Part shown: positions 31,865-41,456 of the stretch, piece after piece | Layout: every line of letters begins with the position of its first letter | Position numbering within the stretch: the first letter of the stretch is position 1 | Virus record (IMG/VR): IMGVR_UViG_3300020048_000024 | Location: 32,001-96,000 of that record | Reading direction: 5' to 3' (one strand) | DNA length: 64,000 nt | DNA from: a virus | Program-made: the position numbers and the translations under genes | The notes under the pieces: generated by a model | What the model was told of the DNA's origin: nothing | The model's database searches: none | What the model saw: the letters and a program-made list of their open reading frames with translations, nothing else

Positions 31865-33246
31865 AAGATTATAATACAAAACTAAGAGACATAAAAGTAA
31901 CACTAGACAAAACTGGCCCCGGATTCTGTATGGCTAAATGGTATCATGTTAGTATGCATTTACACAAAGGTATGAATCACAGTTGTTATCATCCAGCTCC
32001 TAAAGTTGTAAGTTTAGAAGAAATTAAAGCAAACCCAAGCTCACTACATAACAGCGAATGGAAAAAGCAACAGCGTAAAGAAATGCTAGAGGGTAATCGC
32101 CCAAAAGAATGTAGTTACTGCTGGGACATTGAAGATTTGTCGGGAGATCATATTAGTGACAGACCGATTCGAAGCGCAGAAGATTGGGCAGTACCGCTAA
32201 TTGAAGAAACTACAAAATTGGATTGGAAAGCGGATGTAGATCCTCGTTATCTAGAAGTTAACTTTGGATACGAATGTCAATTGAAATGTAGCTATTGTAC
32301 TACTAGTATCAGTAGTGCTTGGCATCAAGAAATTAAAAAATACGGAATGTATGAACTAGAAAATCCACAAAGCAAACATCAATATAGCATTGATTATATA
32401 TCCAACGGGGGAAATTTTTATCCCAAAGAAGATGAGAATCCATATATTGAAGCATTTTGGAAGTGGTTGCCTAATGTGTATAATAATTTACATACATTCA
32501 GAATAACTGGCGGAGAACCGTTGTTGAGTAAGAACGTATTTAAAGTACTAGATCACATTGACAATAATCCAAATCCAAATTTGACATTTGCTATTAATAG
32601 TAATATGTGCGTTCCTGAGAGAAACATTAATAAGTTTGTAGACGCGGCCTACAAGTTAAAGACAGAAAATAAAATACACAGAATAGAACTATTTACAAGT
32701 GTAGATACATGGGGCCCTCAGTCTGAATATATACGTAATGGTTTTGATATGGATAAATGGTTGTCAAATATAGACTTATATCTTTCTAAAGTTCCTGGAA
32801 CTATGGTGTCATTAATGATAACGTTCTGCTTTATGAGTATTCCGAATTTTAAGCTGTTACTTGACAAGATTCTAGAATTAAGAGCAAAATATAATGATCG
32901 TTATCCTCGAATTGAATTTGATACTCCATACTTAATAGAACCTCCTCATTTGTCAGCTCAATTAGCAACTGATGAGCACATTGCTCATTTAAATGATACA
33001 CTGGATTATATGAAGCAATTTGTACGTCCTGGTTATGCCCCGTTATTTTTTAGTCAAACTGAATATGAAAAGTTTGAACGAGTTATTCGTTGGATTGAAA
33101 ATAACAGATATCAGGGTAATATGTTACGAGTCAATAGAAAAGATTTTGTCAAGTTTGTTGATGAACATGATAAACGTCGAGGAACAGATTTCTTGTCTAC
33201 GTTTCCAGAGCTTGAAAAAGACTATATAGAATGGAAAAATTCATGA
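31861..33246 (+). CDS. Radical SAM enzyme, paralog of upstream gene
   Basis: CQLKCSYC, TGGEPLL, CMAKW...HSCYH...ECSYCW, C-terminal EHDKRRGTDFL shared with 30461..31864. Confidence 0.85.
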   Translation: MKDYNTKLRDIKVTLDKTGPGFCMAKWYHVSMHLHKGMNHSCYHPAPKVVSLEEIKANPSSLHNSEWKKQQRKEMLEGNRPKECSYCWDIEDLSGDHISDRPIRSAEDWAVPLIEETTKLDWKADVDPRYLEVNFGYECQLKCSYCTTSISSAWHQEIKKYGMYELENPQSKHQYSIDYISNGGNFYPKEDENPYIEAFWKWLPNVYNNLHTFRITGGEPLLSKNVFKVLDHIDNNPNPNLTFAINSNMCVPERNINKFVDAAYKLKTENKIHRIELFTSVDTWGPQSEYIRNGFDMDKWLSNIDLYLSKVPGTMVSLMITFCFMSIPNFKLLLDKILELRAKYNDRYPRIEFDTPYLIEPPHLSAQLATDEHIAHLNDTLDYMKQFVRPGYAPLFFSQTEYEKFERVIRWIENNRYQGNMLRVNRKDFVKFVDEHDKRRGTDFLSTFPELEKDYIEWKNS

Positions 33247-33818
33247 ATTCATTGATCTTAGATTCTTTAATTACAGAATCTCCTATGTGTTGTTTTTCAT
33301 GGCCGATGTCTGACATTAATATTATTGATCAAGAATTTTTAAAAATACCCGATCATAATTTTCAGGGCGATGATAAAAGAAAATTTATTATTAATTATAA
33401 TTGGGGTGTTGCAACTAAATCAATGATTCAGATTCACTCAAGTTTTCAAAAAAATAAACACGTATTGATTGACAAATTATTAGAGACTGGATTGTGGTAC
33501 ATGCCACATCACAGAGATAAATTATATGAAAATTTGAAATTGTCAATTTGCGCTCAACATGATCAGCCGGGGTTTAAAATGGACTGGCATTTAGATCAAC
33601 GATTGATATTTGCTAATGGTATATTAAATATATCAGAGAATGAATCTAATACTGATTTTAGTACTACTAAATCACCGGATAATATATATTATACATTACC
33701 CGGCACTGCCGGCACTGGAATATTTTGGCTGTCAACTGAAAAGAATTACCATAGAGTTCGTCCATTTACTCGAAATAGACGATGTATAACATTTACATTG
33801 TCCTTTTATCCACTATAA
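33243..33818 (+). CDS. 2OG-Fe(II) oxygenase-like protein
   Basis: DQPGFKMDWHLD (HxD), distal H in NYHRV, R..R after; ATGA-coupled start at 33243. Confidence 0.6.
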   Translation: MNSLILDSLITESPMCCFSWPMSDINIIDQEFLKIPDHNFQGDDKRKFIINYNWGVATKSMIQIHSSFQKNKHVLIDKLLETGLWYMPHHRDKLYENLKLSICAQHDQPGFKMDWHLDQRLIFANGILNISENESNTDFSTTKSPDNIYYTLPGTAGTGIFWLSTEKNYHRVRPFTRNRRCITFTLSFYPL

Positions 33819-35015
33819 ATAAAGTTTGTCCATTGCATTATTAGTTCCACACACTTCTGCGCAGTATGCCATTTTACCGTGTTGAATATTATCCTTAGAC
33901 CAACTGTCCGTGAATATTTGATCTAAGATTCCAGATTCCAATATATCTTTAATATTTCTCTTATTAAGATCAAGTTCGTCCATTCTCTGATTAATCTTAG
34001 ATTTAAGTTGATGATCTATAAAATAATCAATGCTCGCGTCGAATCTTGTTCCAACAAAACAACATGGCAACAATAAACCGTTAGCACTGACATACACTTC
34101 CGAATGTTGATGAGTATCGAATATTTGATGACTACGACATTTAATTTTTTTGGCAGATAATTCGTTACTATAATCACCTAACTCAACGTGTCGGTCATCC
34201 GTGCATTCAGATGTTCTTTGTTTGATTCTAGGGAAAAATTTAATTTCTTTTGCTTGAGTGTATTCACTCAAATCTACCGGATCAAAATCCATATCTTTAA
34301 ATACAGATTGATCACTAGCATTTTGATATTCCTCTGCTACTGGAGGATATATTTTATACTCTAGTTCACCCTTTTTGTTATAAACTCCCATTGGAATAAT
34401 AGATTTGTCATTTGGATGATCAAACCCAAAGGCACGTTTAGGCAAAAAGTCTTGAAATCCTAAATCATTGGCCAACTGTTTTGCTTCTGCAAGCTGATGC
34501 TCGTTATGTCCAAAAATAAGCCATTCCCAGTATGCTCGACCACCAGCACCGATAAAGGCGTTAATATTGCGCATTAATATAGTCCAATCAACGTTACGTC
34601 TGTATAAGTGATTAGTATCTTCTAGCCCATCTACAGACCAAACCAATTGCATCTTAGGATGATCAAATAACTTCCCCATTTTAGTCCAAAACTCCACTGA
34701 GCGTGTTCCTCCATTAGTATGAACACGCTGTAAACATTTAGGATTTATCTGATGAACATATTCGAAAATTTCGTAACAGTCTTTAGCCATCATTGGGTCA
34801 CCCATTGTGCCGCAAAATGCTATTCTTTTGAGATTTCTAATAATATCTTCAGGAAAATATTTTTTAAAGTTATCAAATGTTATTGAATTTAATTTTAAAT
34901 CTGGTCTTACTAAATCTGTTCCTTTATAGTAACGCTGACATGTCGGACATGCAGCATTACAATGAGAAGACAGTTCTATATGTAATTGACCTAGTTGTAA
35001 TGTTTTCCAGTTCAT
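33813..35015 (-). CDS. Radical SAM enzyme with C-terminal SPASM/twitch domain
   Basis: CNAACPTC; CGTMGDP, HTNG, SVDGLEDTNHLYRR; C-terminal C...YVSANG.LLPCC...C...C. Confidence 0.85.
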   Translation of the reverse strand: MNWKTLQLGQLHIELSSHCNAACPTCQRYYKGTDLVRPDLKLNSITFDNFKKYFPEDIIRNLKRIAFCGTMGDPMMAKDCYEIFEYVHQINPKCLQRVHTNGGTRSVEFWTKMGKLFDHPKMQLVWSVDGLEDTNHLYRRNVDWTILMRNINAFIGAGGRAYWEWLIFGHNEHQLAEAKQLANDLGFQDFLPKRAFGFDHPNDKSIIPMGVYNKKGELEYKIYPPVAEEYQNASDQSVFKDMDFDPVDLSEYTQAKEIKFFPRIKQRTSECTDDRHVELGDYSNELSAKKIKCRSHQIFDTHQHSEVYVSANGLLLPCCFVGTRFDASIDYFIDHQLKSKINQRMDELDLNKRNIKDILESGILDQIFTDSWSKDNIQHGKMAYCAEVCGTNNAMDKLYL

Positions 35016-35025
35016 AATATCTTTA

Positions 35026-36231
35026 TTATTCAGTTATAGATCGGACAATATTATTTAATATTGTTAGTTTGTTTTTGTTAAATTGATTATCTTGTAGTGC
35101 TTCTTTATTGTGTACTAACGTTTCTCTGTCTTGAAGCAGCCAGTCAACTCGCTGTGAAATTGACATCATTGACAATTGATCATGCAAAACTTCTAACTGC
35201 TCAATTTGACTATCAATTCTATCAAAGTGACACTGTGTAGAGTCGAAACTTAAATCAAAATATTTGTCATACGTTTTAAATCCGATTTGTTTCAAAGAAA
35301 CATTGATTTCTGGTTGTCCAAATATTATTACTGGATGATAATGATTCATCGGTTTAAATGTTTTTTCACTGAAAAATAAACTAGACTCATTATATGTTTC
35401 AAATAGTGTTTCGGAAACTAAGCTAATCATTGATTCATCGAACAATTTAGTCGAACTTTCACCGGCCCAGTTTCTATCAAAGTCAGAAAAATCTAAGATT
35501 GAAGGAGAAGATTCAATTAATTTCTCAAACACATTTAAGTCCATCGAATCATTTCCTAATCTATCATAGTCACTTAAGTCCAATTTGTCATAACTTATTA
35601 GTGTATTGTTTTTAAATTTAGATTTAAATATTTTATATATAGTATATATACGATGAAATCTCTTTCTTCTATTTAAAGACAAAAACATTTTTTGATTTTC
35701 TTTAACATTGTTCACAGCATCATCTATAGTTTTTATCTGAATATTATGTCGTTCGGTATTATACCTATAAGAATTGAATGTATATGAGCTAAACAAATTG
35801 AAAGATATTACGTTTATTCGATCATTTGGATAATATTGTTTTTGCCAAAGATCGTAGCTTATTTCTTCTTTAAGATTACTACTGGTAAAAAATAATTTTT
35901 CTCTTGGTATGTCATAACGTAACGCTGACAATGTTAATAATTCCCAAAAATTATAATCATGATAACTGTGACCTTCCCATAAAAAATTAAACATAAACAA
36001 TGTAGTCGGGCATGTTCGAAGACGAATTATTTCTTCAGTAGATAATTGAGAAAAAATATCATATGTGTTTGAATAATATACAGGGTCATTTTTTGCAAAA
36101 TACGGAGAATTCATTTGTAAAATAATCCATTCTACATTTAGTATCGGATCATTATTATTACGATCAACTTGTAATGATCGGATCTTTTCTTGAATGTTGC
36201 TTCTTGCAAAAATTTGATAGGTATTTGTCAT
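35026..36231 (-). CDS. Hypothetical protein, possible glycosyltransferase-like
   Basis: FLSLNRRKR.HR, SLVSET, FFSEKTFKP, GFKTY...FD..FD motifs; sugar-modification cluster context. Confidence 0.45.
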   Translation of the reverse strand: MTNTYQIFARSNIQEKIRSLQVDRNNNDPILNVEWIILQMNSPYFAKNDPVYYSNTYDIFSQLSTEEIIRLRTCPTTLFMFNFLWEGHSYHDYNFWELLTLSALRYDIPREKLFFTSSNLKEEISYDLWQKQYYPNDRINVISFNLFSSYTFNSYRYNTERHNIQIKTIDDAVNNVKENQKMFLSLNRRKRFHRIYTIYKIFKSKFKNNTLISYDKLDLSDYDRLGNDSMDLNVFEKLIESSPSILDFSDFDRNWAGESSTKLFDESMISLVSETLFETYNESSLFFSEKTFKPMNHYHPVIIFGQPEINVSLKQIGFKTYDKYFDLSFDSTQCHFDRIDSQIEQLEVLHDQLSMMSISQRVDWLLQDRETLVHNKEALQDNQFNKNKLTILNNIVRSITE

Positions 36232-36246
36232 GATGAATAGTTAAAT

Positions 36247-36262
36247 GATAAATATATTTATC
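36247..36262. promoter_or_regulatory. Palindromic pair of late promoter boxes between divergent genes
   Basis: GATAAATATATTTATC = GATAAATA on both strands. Confidence 0.7.
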
Positions 36263-36286
36263 TAGAGTTGACCTTAGGAATTTTAA

Positions 36287-37513
36287 ATGAACATTGGATT
36301 TATAGGATTAGGAAAGTTAGGATTGCCATGCTCAGAAGTAATGGCAGAATACTACAATGTCAGTGGATATGACATTATGCCCGTAGATACAACTTCATCA
36401 TTGACAATTACAAATACTATTGCTGAAGCAGTTATTAACAAAGATTTAATTTTTGTAGCAGTACCTACGCCTCATGATCCAGTATACGGCGGCGGAACTC
36501 CAATAGCTAATTTACCCTCTAAAGATTTTGACTATAGTATAGTTCAGAATGTACTGACAGAAATCAATCAATATGTTACTAGTGATCAATTAGTAGTGCT
36601 GATCAGTACAGTGCTTCCGGGAACTGTAAGAAATCACTTAGTTAAATGTATTACTAACGCTCGTTTTATATATAATCCTTATCTAATTGCAATGGGCAGT
36701 GTAAAATGGGACATGATTAACCCAGAGTGTATTATAATTGGAACAGAAGATGGGTCATGTACTGGAGATGCTAAGATTCTGTCAGAATTCTATGAACCAA
36801 TTATGAAAAATAATCCACGAATTAATATCGGTACATGGGACGAGGCAGAAGCAATTAAAGTTTTCTATAATACGTTCATTAGCGTTAAGATAGGTTTAGT
36901 GAATATGATTCAAGATGTAGCTGAAAAAAATGGTAATATAAATGTAGATGTAGTAACTGATGCTCTTAAAGCAGCGACTCAGCGTATTACTGGACCCAAA
37001 TATTTAACTGCTGGTATGGGAGACGCAGGCGCTTGTCATCCACGAGATAATATAGCATTGAGTTCTTTAGCTGAACGATTAGATTTAGGTTATGATTTAT
37101 TTCACTCTATCATGAACAGTAGAGATCAGCAAGCAAAAAACATGGCATTAAAATTAGTAGCATTATCTAAAAAATATAACTTGCCTATTGTTATTCACGG
37201 TCGCGCATACAAGCCATATGTTGAATATACCATTGGTAGTTACAGTGAACTAGTAGGGCACTTTGTAGAAGAAGCAGGAGTGGAAGTGGCATATGCCGAC
37301 CCATTAACTGGAGATACATGGGGTGGTAAAGCCGTTATCTTAATGGCTCACAATCCCGCGGTTACATACTCAGGAACTGGAGTAGAGATTAAACCAAATC
37401 AGTTTTACTTTTACATTGAATCGGGTAGTATTATTCTAGATCCATGGCGCACAATTAAAGAAATTCCTGGATGTATCGTAATACATTATGGTAATACCAG
37501 AGCTAAAAAGTAA
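36287..37513 (+). CDS. ugd: UDP-glucose/GDP-mannose 6-dehydrogenase family protein
   Basis: GFIGLGKLG Rossmann motif, FVAVPTP, STV.PGT, AEAIKVFYNTFIS, GMGDAGACHPRD catalytic Cys motif. Confidence 0.85.
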   Translation: MNIGFIGLGKLGLPCSEVMAEYYNVSGYDIMPVDTTSSLTITNTIAEAVINKDLIFVAVPTPHDPVYGGGTPIANLPSKDFDYSIVQNVLTEINQYVTSDQLVVLISTVLPGTVRNHLVKCITNARFIYNPYLIAMGSVKWDMINPECIIIGTEDGSCTGDAKILSEFYEPIMKNNPRINIGTWDEAEAIKVFYNTFISVKIGLVNMIQDVAEKNGNINVDVVTDALKAATQRITGPKYLTAGMGDAGACHPRDNIALSSLAERLDLGYDLFHSIMNSRDQQAKNMALKLVALSKKYNLPIVIHGRAYKPYVEYTIGSYSELVGHFVEEAGVEVAYADPLTGDTWGGKAVILMAHNPAVTYSGTGVEIKPNQFYFYIESGSIILDPWRTIKEIPGCIVIHYGNTRAKK

Positions 37514-37515
37514 TA

Positions 37516-38142
37516 CTACTTGTGCCAAATGCTCATATAACGAGTATATTCAGTTGTATGAAACTGCCCAGAAAATATCGGTTCATGTACATGATTCATG
37601 TTTTCAAACTCTCTTAAATCATTGCTACATCTGATGTGTTCTTTACATGTAAAGAAGTTGTTACCTTGAACTACTACTAACGAGCCAGGCGTAATATTAT
37701 TGAACCATTGATCATACACTGTTTGAGTGACATGCTCACTACTAGTATTGATAACAATGTCACTTGAAATCGCCCAGTCATAATCATAAGAACTCATATC
37801 TGCTGATAGTGCTTTGAATCTCCATCCATCCATTTCGTATTGTTTGTTGACAGTGTCTGCTACTTTTTCACACCATGGGTCTATGTCAATGCTACGAATC
37901 TTTTTAATTGGAAGAGTACTGTTAAACATCATGCTAGCAAGAACGCCGATCCATCCTCCAAAAATATATACATTACTAGGCTTAGTTACATATCCAGTTA
38001 ACGTTTCTACTAACCACGCTTTGCTTTGTAATTGACCTGACCACATTGCATCTAATGCTCGTGTTCGTTCACTATCTGATAAATTTCTAATAGCATTGAA
38101 CCAGTATACTAAGTCTTTCGTGCAAATTGAAGTGGATGTCAT
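37516..38142 (-). CDS. Class I SAM-dependent methyltransferase-like protein
   Basis: IFGGWIG (motif I), SIDID (motif II), VINTSSEH. Confidence 0.6.
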   Translation of the reverse strand: MTSTSICTKDLVYWFNAIRNLSDSERTRALDAMWSGQLQSKAWLVETLTGYVTKPSNVYIFGGWIGVLASMMFNSTLPIKKIRSIDIDPWCEKVADTVNKQYEMDGWRFKALSADMSSYDYDWAISSDIVINTSSEHVTQTVYDQWFNNITPGSLVVVQGNNFFTCKEHIRCSNDLREFENMNHVHEPIFSGQFHTTEYTRYMSIWHK

Positions 38143-38199
38143 AGAAATATTTAGCTGAGTGAATCACTGATTAAATATAATGATGAAAAGAGAATTAAA

Positions 38200-41100
38200 A
38201 TGATAGACAAAGAAGAACTAATTCGTCGAAAGAAACTTTGGGAAGCTGGATATTGGGAAATTCCTGATAATCTAGATACTAGTAATTTTAATTTCGATTG
38301 GAGACCGTTTGAGTATGATCGCCCTTATATACATCAATTTGGCACTCAATGGCAAGAAATAGGCGGTCCGAGATTCATTGTTCCGGAAGACGAAGGCGTA
38401 AAATATCAATCAGATCAGCATGCAATAGTTATTGGAGTGATGCAAAACTGGAACGTATTAATTCCAATAGATGAATCGTTTGACTTTAAATGGAGTCCAC
38501 ATCCGCACGAGCCACCGCTAATATATGTATGGGGCAATCAGTGGAATGATGCCATTACTGAGCCTACTGTAGAGTATAGAATGCCGGGTGCTACTGATAG
38601 AAAGTACATGACTGATATGATTGCTACAGTTACTTCTACTACTGATAATTGGAAAGTATTAATTGATAAAGCAACAATTGATCAAAGTTGGAGACCTAAT
38701 CCATACGAGCCGCCGCTAATATATGTATGGGGTAATCAGTGGAATGACGCGGCTACTGAGCCTACTGTAGAATATCATGTAGCTGGTGCTACTGATAGAA
38801 AGTACATGACTGATATGATTGCTACTGTTACTTCTACTACTGATAATTGGAAAGTGCTGATAGACGGAGCTACTATTGATCAAAGTTGGAGACCTAATCC
38901 ATATGATCCCTCTTATATATATGTATTTGGAAATAAATGGAACGATGCAACTATTGAACCTACTGTAGAATATCATGTAGCTGGTGCTACTGATAGAAAG
39001 TACATGACTGATATTATTGCTGATCTGATCCCTGCTATTGACAAATGGAACGTGTTGATAGATGGCGCCAGCATTGATTTTAGTTGGAGACCTAATCCAT
39101 ATGATCCACCGTTAATATATGTATTTGGTAATAAATGGAATGATTCTGCTACTGAGCCTACTATAGAATATCATGCTGATAACGCAACTGATAGAAAGTA
39201 CATGACTGACATTGTTGCTGATCTTATTCCTACAATTGAGAAATGGACAGTGTCTGATACTGATCATCATGACATTTTTGATTTTAGTTGGAGACCAAAT
39301 CCTTTTAGTCCTCCTCAAATTTATCAATGGGAAAACAATGGACCGGTATATACCGAGTATAATGCTACTGAAATTGTACTAGTATCTAATGAAGATGCTC
39401 GATATAGCTATATTGACAAAGTTTCTAAATATTATATCACTACGACGTTAAATGACTTGATAGAGCAACATCCGAATGAGGTTTTTTGGGCATTGAACAG
39501 TGAATTGAATTATAATAAATTTGATTTTGATTGGTCTCCAAATTTAGAAAACTTCAGACATACTAACGTATTCGGAACATCACTGAGTAAAGATGTGTCT
39601 ACATATTACGTCAATGGACCGATGTGGGCAAAAGGATTTAGAGAATTTAATTACGTAGATTATGAACTTGACATTGTTACTGACATTGATATCTTTTATA
39701 TAGATAGAGGAAACAATACTGATCAGTACAAAGAATTACTGTTAAAATTTCCAAAATTACACAAAACTAGATTTGCTAACAGTTGGATTGATACTATTAA
39801 TCGTTGTATAAAAAAATCTACCACTAAGCTTATTTGGGTGTTAAGTAGCGACGTGGACTATAGTGACTTTAAATTTGACTTTTATCCGTCTGAATGGCAA
39901 CGAAAGATGATTCATATTTTTGGAACTCAGTGGTCTCACTGGGGTAATACTTATATGATCAACACGGAAACATTTGACATTGATACTAAGTATCTAGAAC
40001 AAATAGAACATGCTAAAAATATTAATTTTGTCAGACGCCGACGAGCAAAAATATCTCAGTGTTTAAACGACATTATATACATTGACTTTGGAAACAAATC
40101 TGATTCATTATCTCAATTGAAGACTAAGTGTATTGATAGAGAAATAACTATATTATCTTATGACTTAAGTTATGTAAACACGTTAACTCAATGGGCCAAT
40201 AGTAAAACAGATTATGAAATCAAACAAGAACATAATATGTGGGTTTGCTCTAGCTTGTGTGATTACGAAAATTTTGATTTTACATGGGATAGAGATCCAT
40301 ATCAGTTTAGTCAAATTCATGTATTTTCCAGCAAATTTGATAATTCTAAACAGAAATTTGGCGATACGTTTTTTATTAATTTACGTGAGTTTAGGAAAGA
40401 AAGTAATAGTTTAATTAAATTAGAAAATTATAGTGCTTCGGTTAATTATATTGGACATATATCCGTTCCTAGAATACAATGTCCTATATTATATCATGAG
40501 TATGATAGTCAAGCTACTGCTATTAATAATATTTCTGACAGAAATTGGCCATACTATGAATTGATTGTTAAAGATACAGTTACTAATAAACATAGTGTTG
40601 TGCCTAATATGTGGGACTCATCTGAATATGAGATTATCACTACTAGCACAGGATCATCTAGAATTTTTGTTCCAGATGTGGCAATTGATGTAATACATTC
40701 AGAAGTCTATGAGTATCCCAATCTGATAATATCAGAGCCGTTAGATACGTCTAATCCATTGGACATTGTATTCATAAGTAACGGTGAACCATCTGCCGAT
40801 AGTAACTATGAACGTTTATTAGAAATTGCAGCCGCTAATAAATTATCAAATCGTATTGTCAGAGTTAAAGACGTGAAAGGACGTGTCGCTAGTCAACACG
40901 CAGCCGCAAATGTAAGTCAGACTGCATGGTACTTTTTGATCAATGGTAAATTAGAAGTTAATACTGAATTTGATTTCAGTTGGCAGCCAGATAGATTGCA
41001 ACGAGCAAAGCATTATATCTTTAAGGCTATTAATCCAGTCAATGATTTGGAATATGGTCATCAAGCAATCGTAGCAAATAATCGAACACTTACCTTAGAT

Positions 41101-41433
41101 ACAATAGTTCAGGGATTAGATTTTACACTTGACAGTCCACATGAAACTGTAGACGCTAATTGCGGAGTAGCAAGATTTAATACTGATCCATGGACTACAT
41201 GGCGTACAGCGTTTCGAGAAGCGATTAAGTTGAGTTATAATACAGATGAGGCTTCAGTTGATAGATTGAATACATGGCTCACGATTGGCAACGGAGATAA
41301 TGGTGAATGGTCTATCAAAGGTGCACAAGACGCGGTAGCATACTATGATAAAGTCAAGGGCAATTTAACTGAGCTTATGAAGAGTTATGATTGGAAATGG
41401 TTAGAAAAATTATATAAAAAGACTTACTGTTGA
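38200..41433 (+). CDS. Large repeat-containing protein with C-terminal GT-A-like domain
   Basis: 66-aa Trp-rich tandem repeats then degenerate repeats; last ~220 aa align with 29523..30461. Confidence 0.65.
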   Translation: MIDKEELIRRKKLWEAGYWEIPDNLDTSNFNFDWRPFEYDRPYIHQFGTQWQEIGGPRFIVPEDEGVKYQSDQHAIVIGVMQNWNVLIPIDESFDFKWSPHPHEPPLIYVWGNQWNDAITEPTVEYRMPGATDRKYMTDMIATVTSTTDNWKVLIDKATIDQSWRPNPYEPPLIYVWGNQWNDAATEPTVEYHVAGATDRKYMTDMIATVTSTTDNWKVLIDGATIDQSWRPNPYDPSYIYVFGNKWNDATIEPTVEYHVAGATDRKYMTDIIADLIPAIDKWNVLIDGASIDFSWRPNPYDPPLIYVFGNKWNDSATEPTIEYHADNATDRKYMTDIVADLIPTIEKWTVSDTDHHDIFDFSWRPNPFSPPQIYQWENNGPVYTEYNATEIVLVSNEDARYSYIDKVSKYYITTTLNDLIEQHPNEVFWALNSELNYNKFDFDWSPNLENFRHTNVFGTSLSKDVSTYYVNGPMWAKGFREFNYVDYELDIVTDIDIFYIDRGNNTDQYKELLLKFPKLHKTRFANSWIDTINRCIKKSTTKLIWVLSSDVDYSDFKFDFYPSEWQRKMIHIFGTQWSHWGNTYMINTETFDIDTKYLEQIEHAKNINFVRRRRAKISQCLNDIIYIDFGNKSDSLSQLKTKCIDREITILSYDLSYVNTLTQWANSKTDYEIKQEHNMWVCSSLCDYENFDFTWDRDPYQFSQIHVFSSKFDNSKQKFGDTFFINLREFRKESNSLIKLENYSASVNYIGHISVPRIQCPILYHEYDSQATAINNISDRNWPYYELIVKDTVTNKHSVVPNMWDSSEYEIITTSTGSSRIFVPDVAIDVIHSEVYEYPNLIISEPLDTSNPLDIVFISNGEPSADSNYERLLEIAAANKLSNRIVRVKDVKGRVASQHAAANVSQTAWYFLINGKLEVNTEFDFSWQPDRLQRAKHYIFKAINPVNDLEYGHQAIVANNRTLTLDTIVQGLDFTLDSPHETVDANCGVARFNTDPWTTWRTAFREAIKLSYNTDEASVDRLNTWLTIGNGDNGEWSIKGAQDAVAYYDKVKGNLTELMKSYDWKWLEKLYKKTYC
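38440..39330 (+). repeat. 198-bp (66-aa) intragenic tandem repeat, about 4 well-conserved copies plus degenerate flanks
   Basis: ATATATGTATGGGG at 38521 and 38719 (198 bp apart); unit WRPNPY.PP.IYV.GN.WND...EPTVEY...ATDRKYMTD. Confidence 0.9.
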
Positions 41434-41456
41434 TTTTATTAAAATTTCTGTAATTT

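Noticed and set aside
38440-39330. CRISPR array or DGR template
   Set aside because: In-frame 198-bp coding repeats without unique spacers; differences not adenine-specific; no cas or RT gene in window
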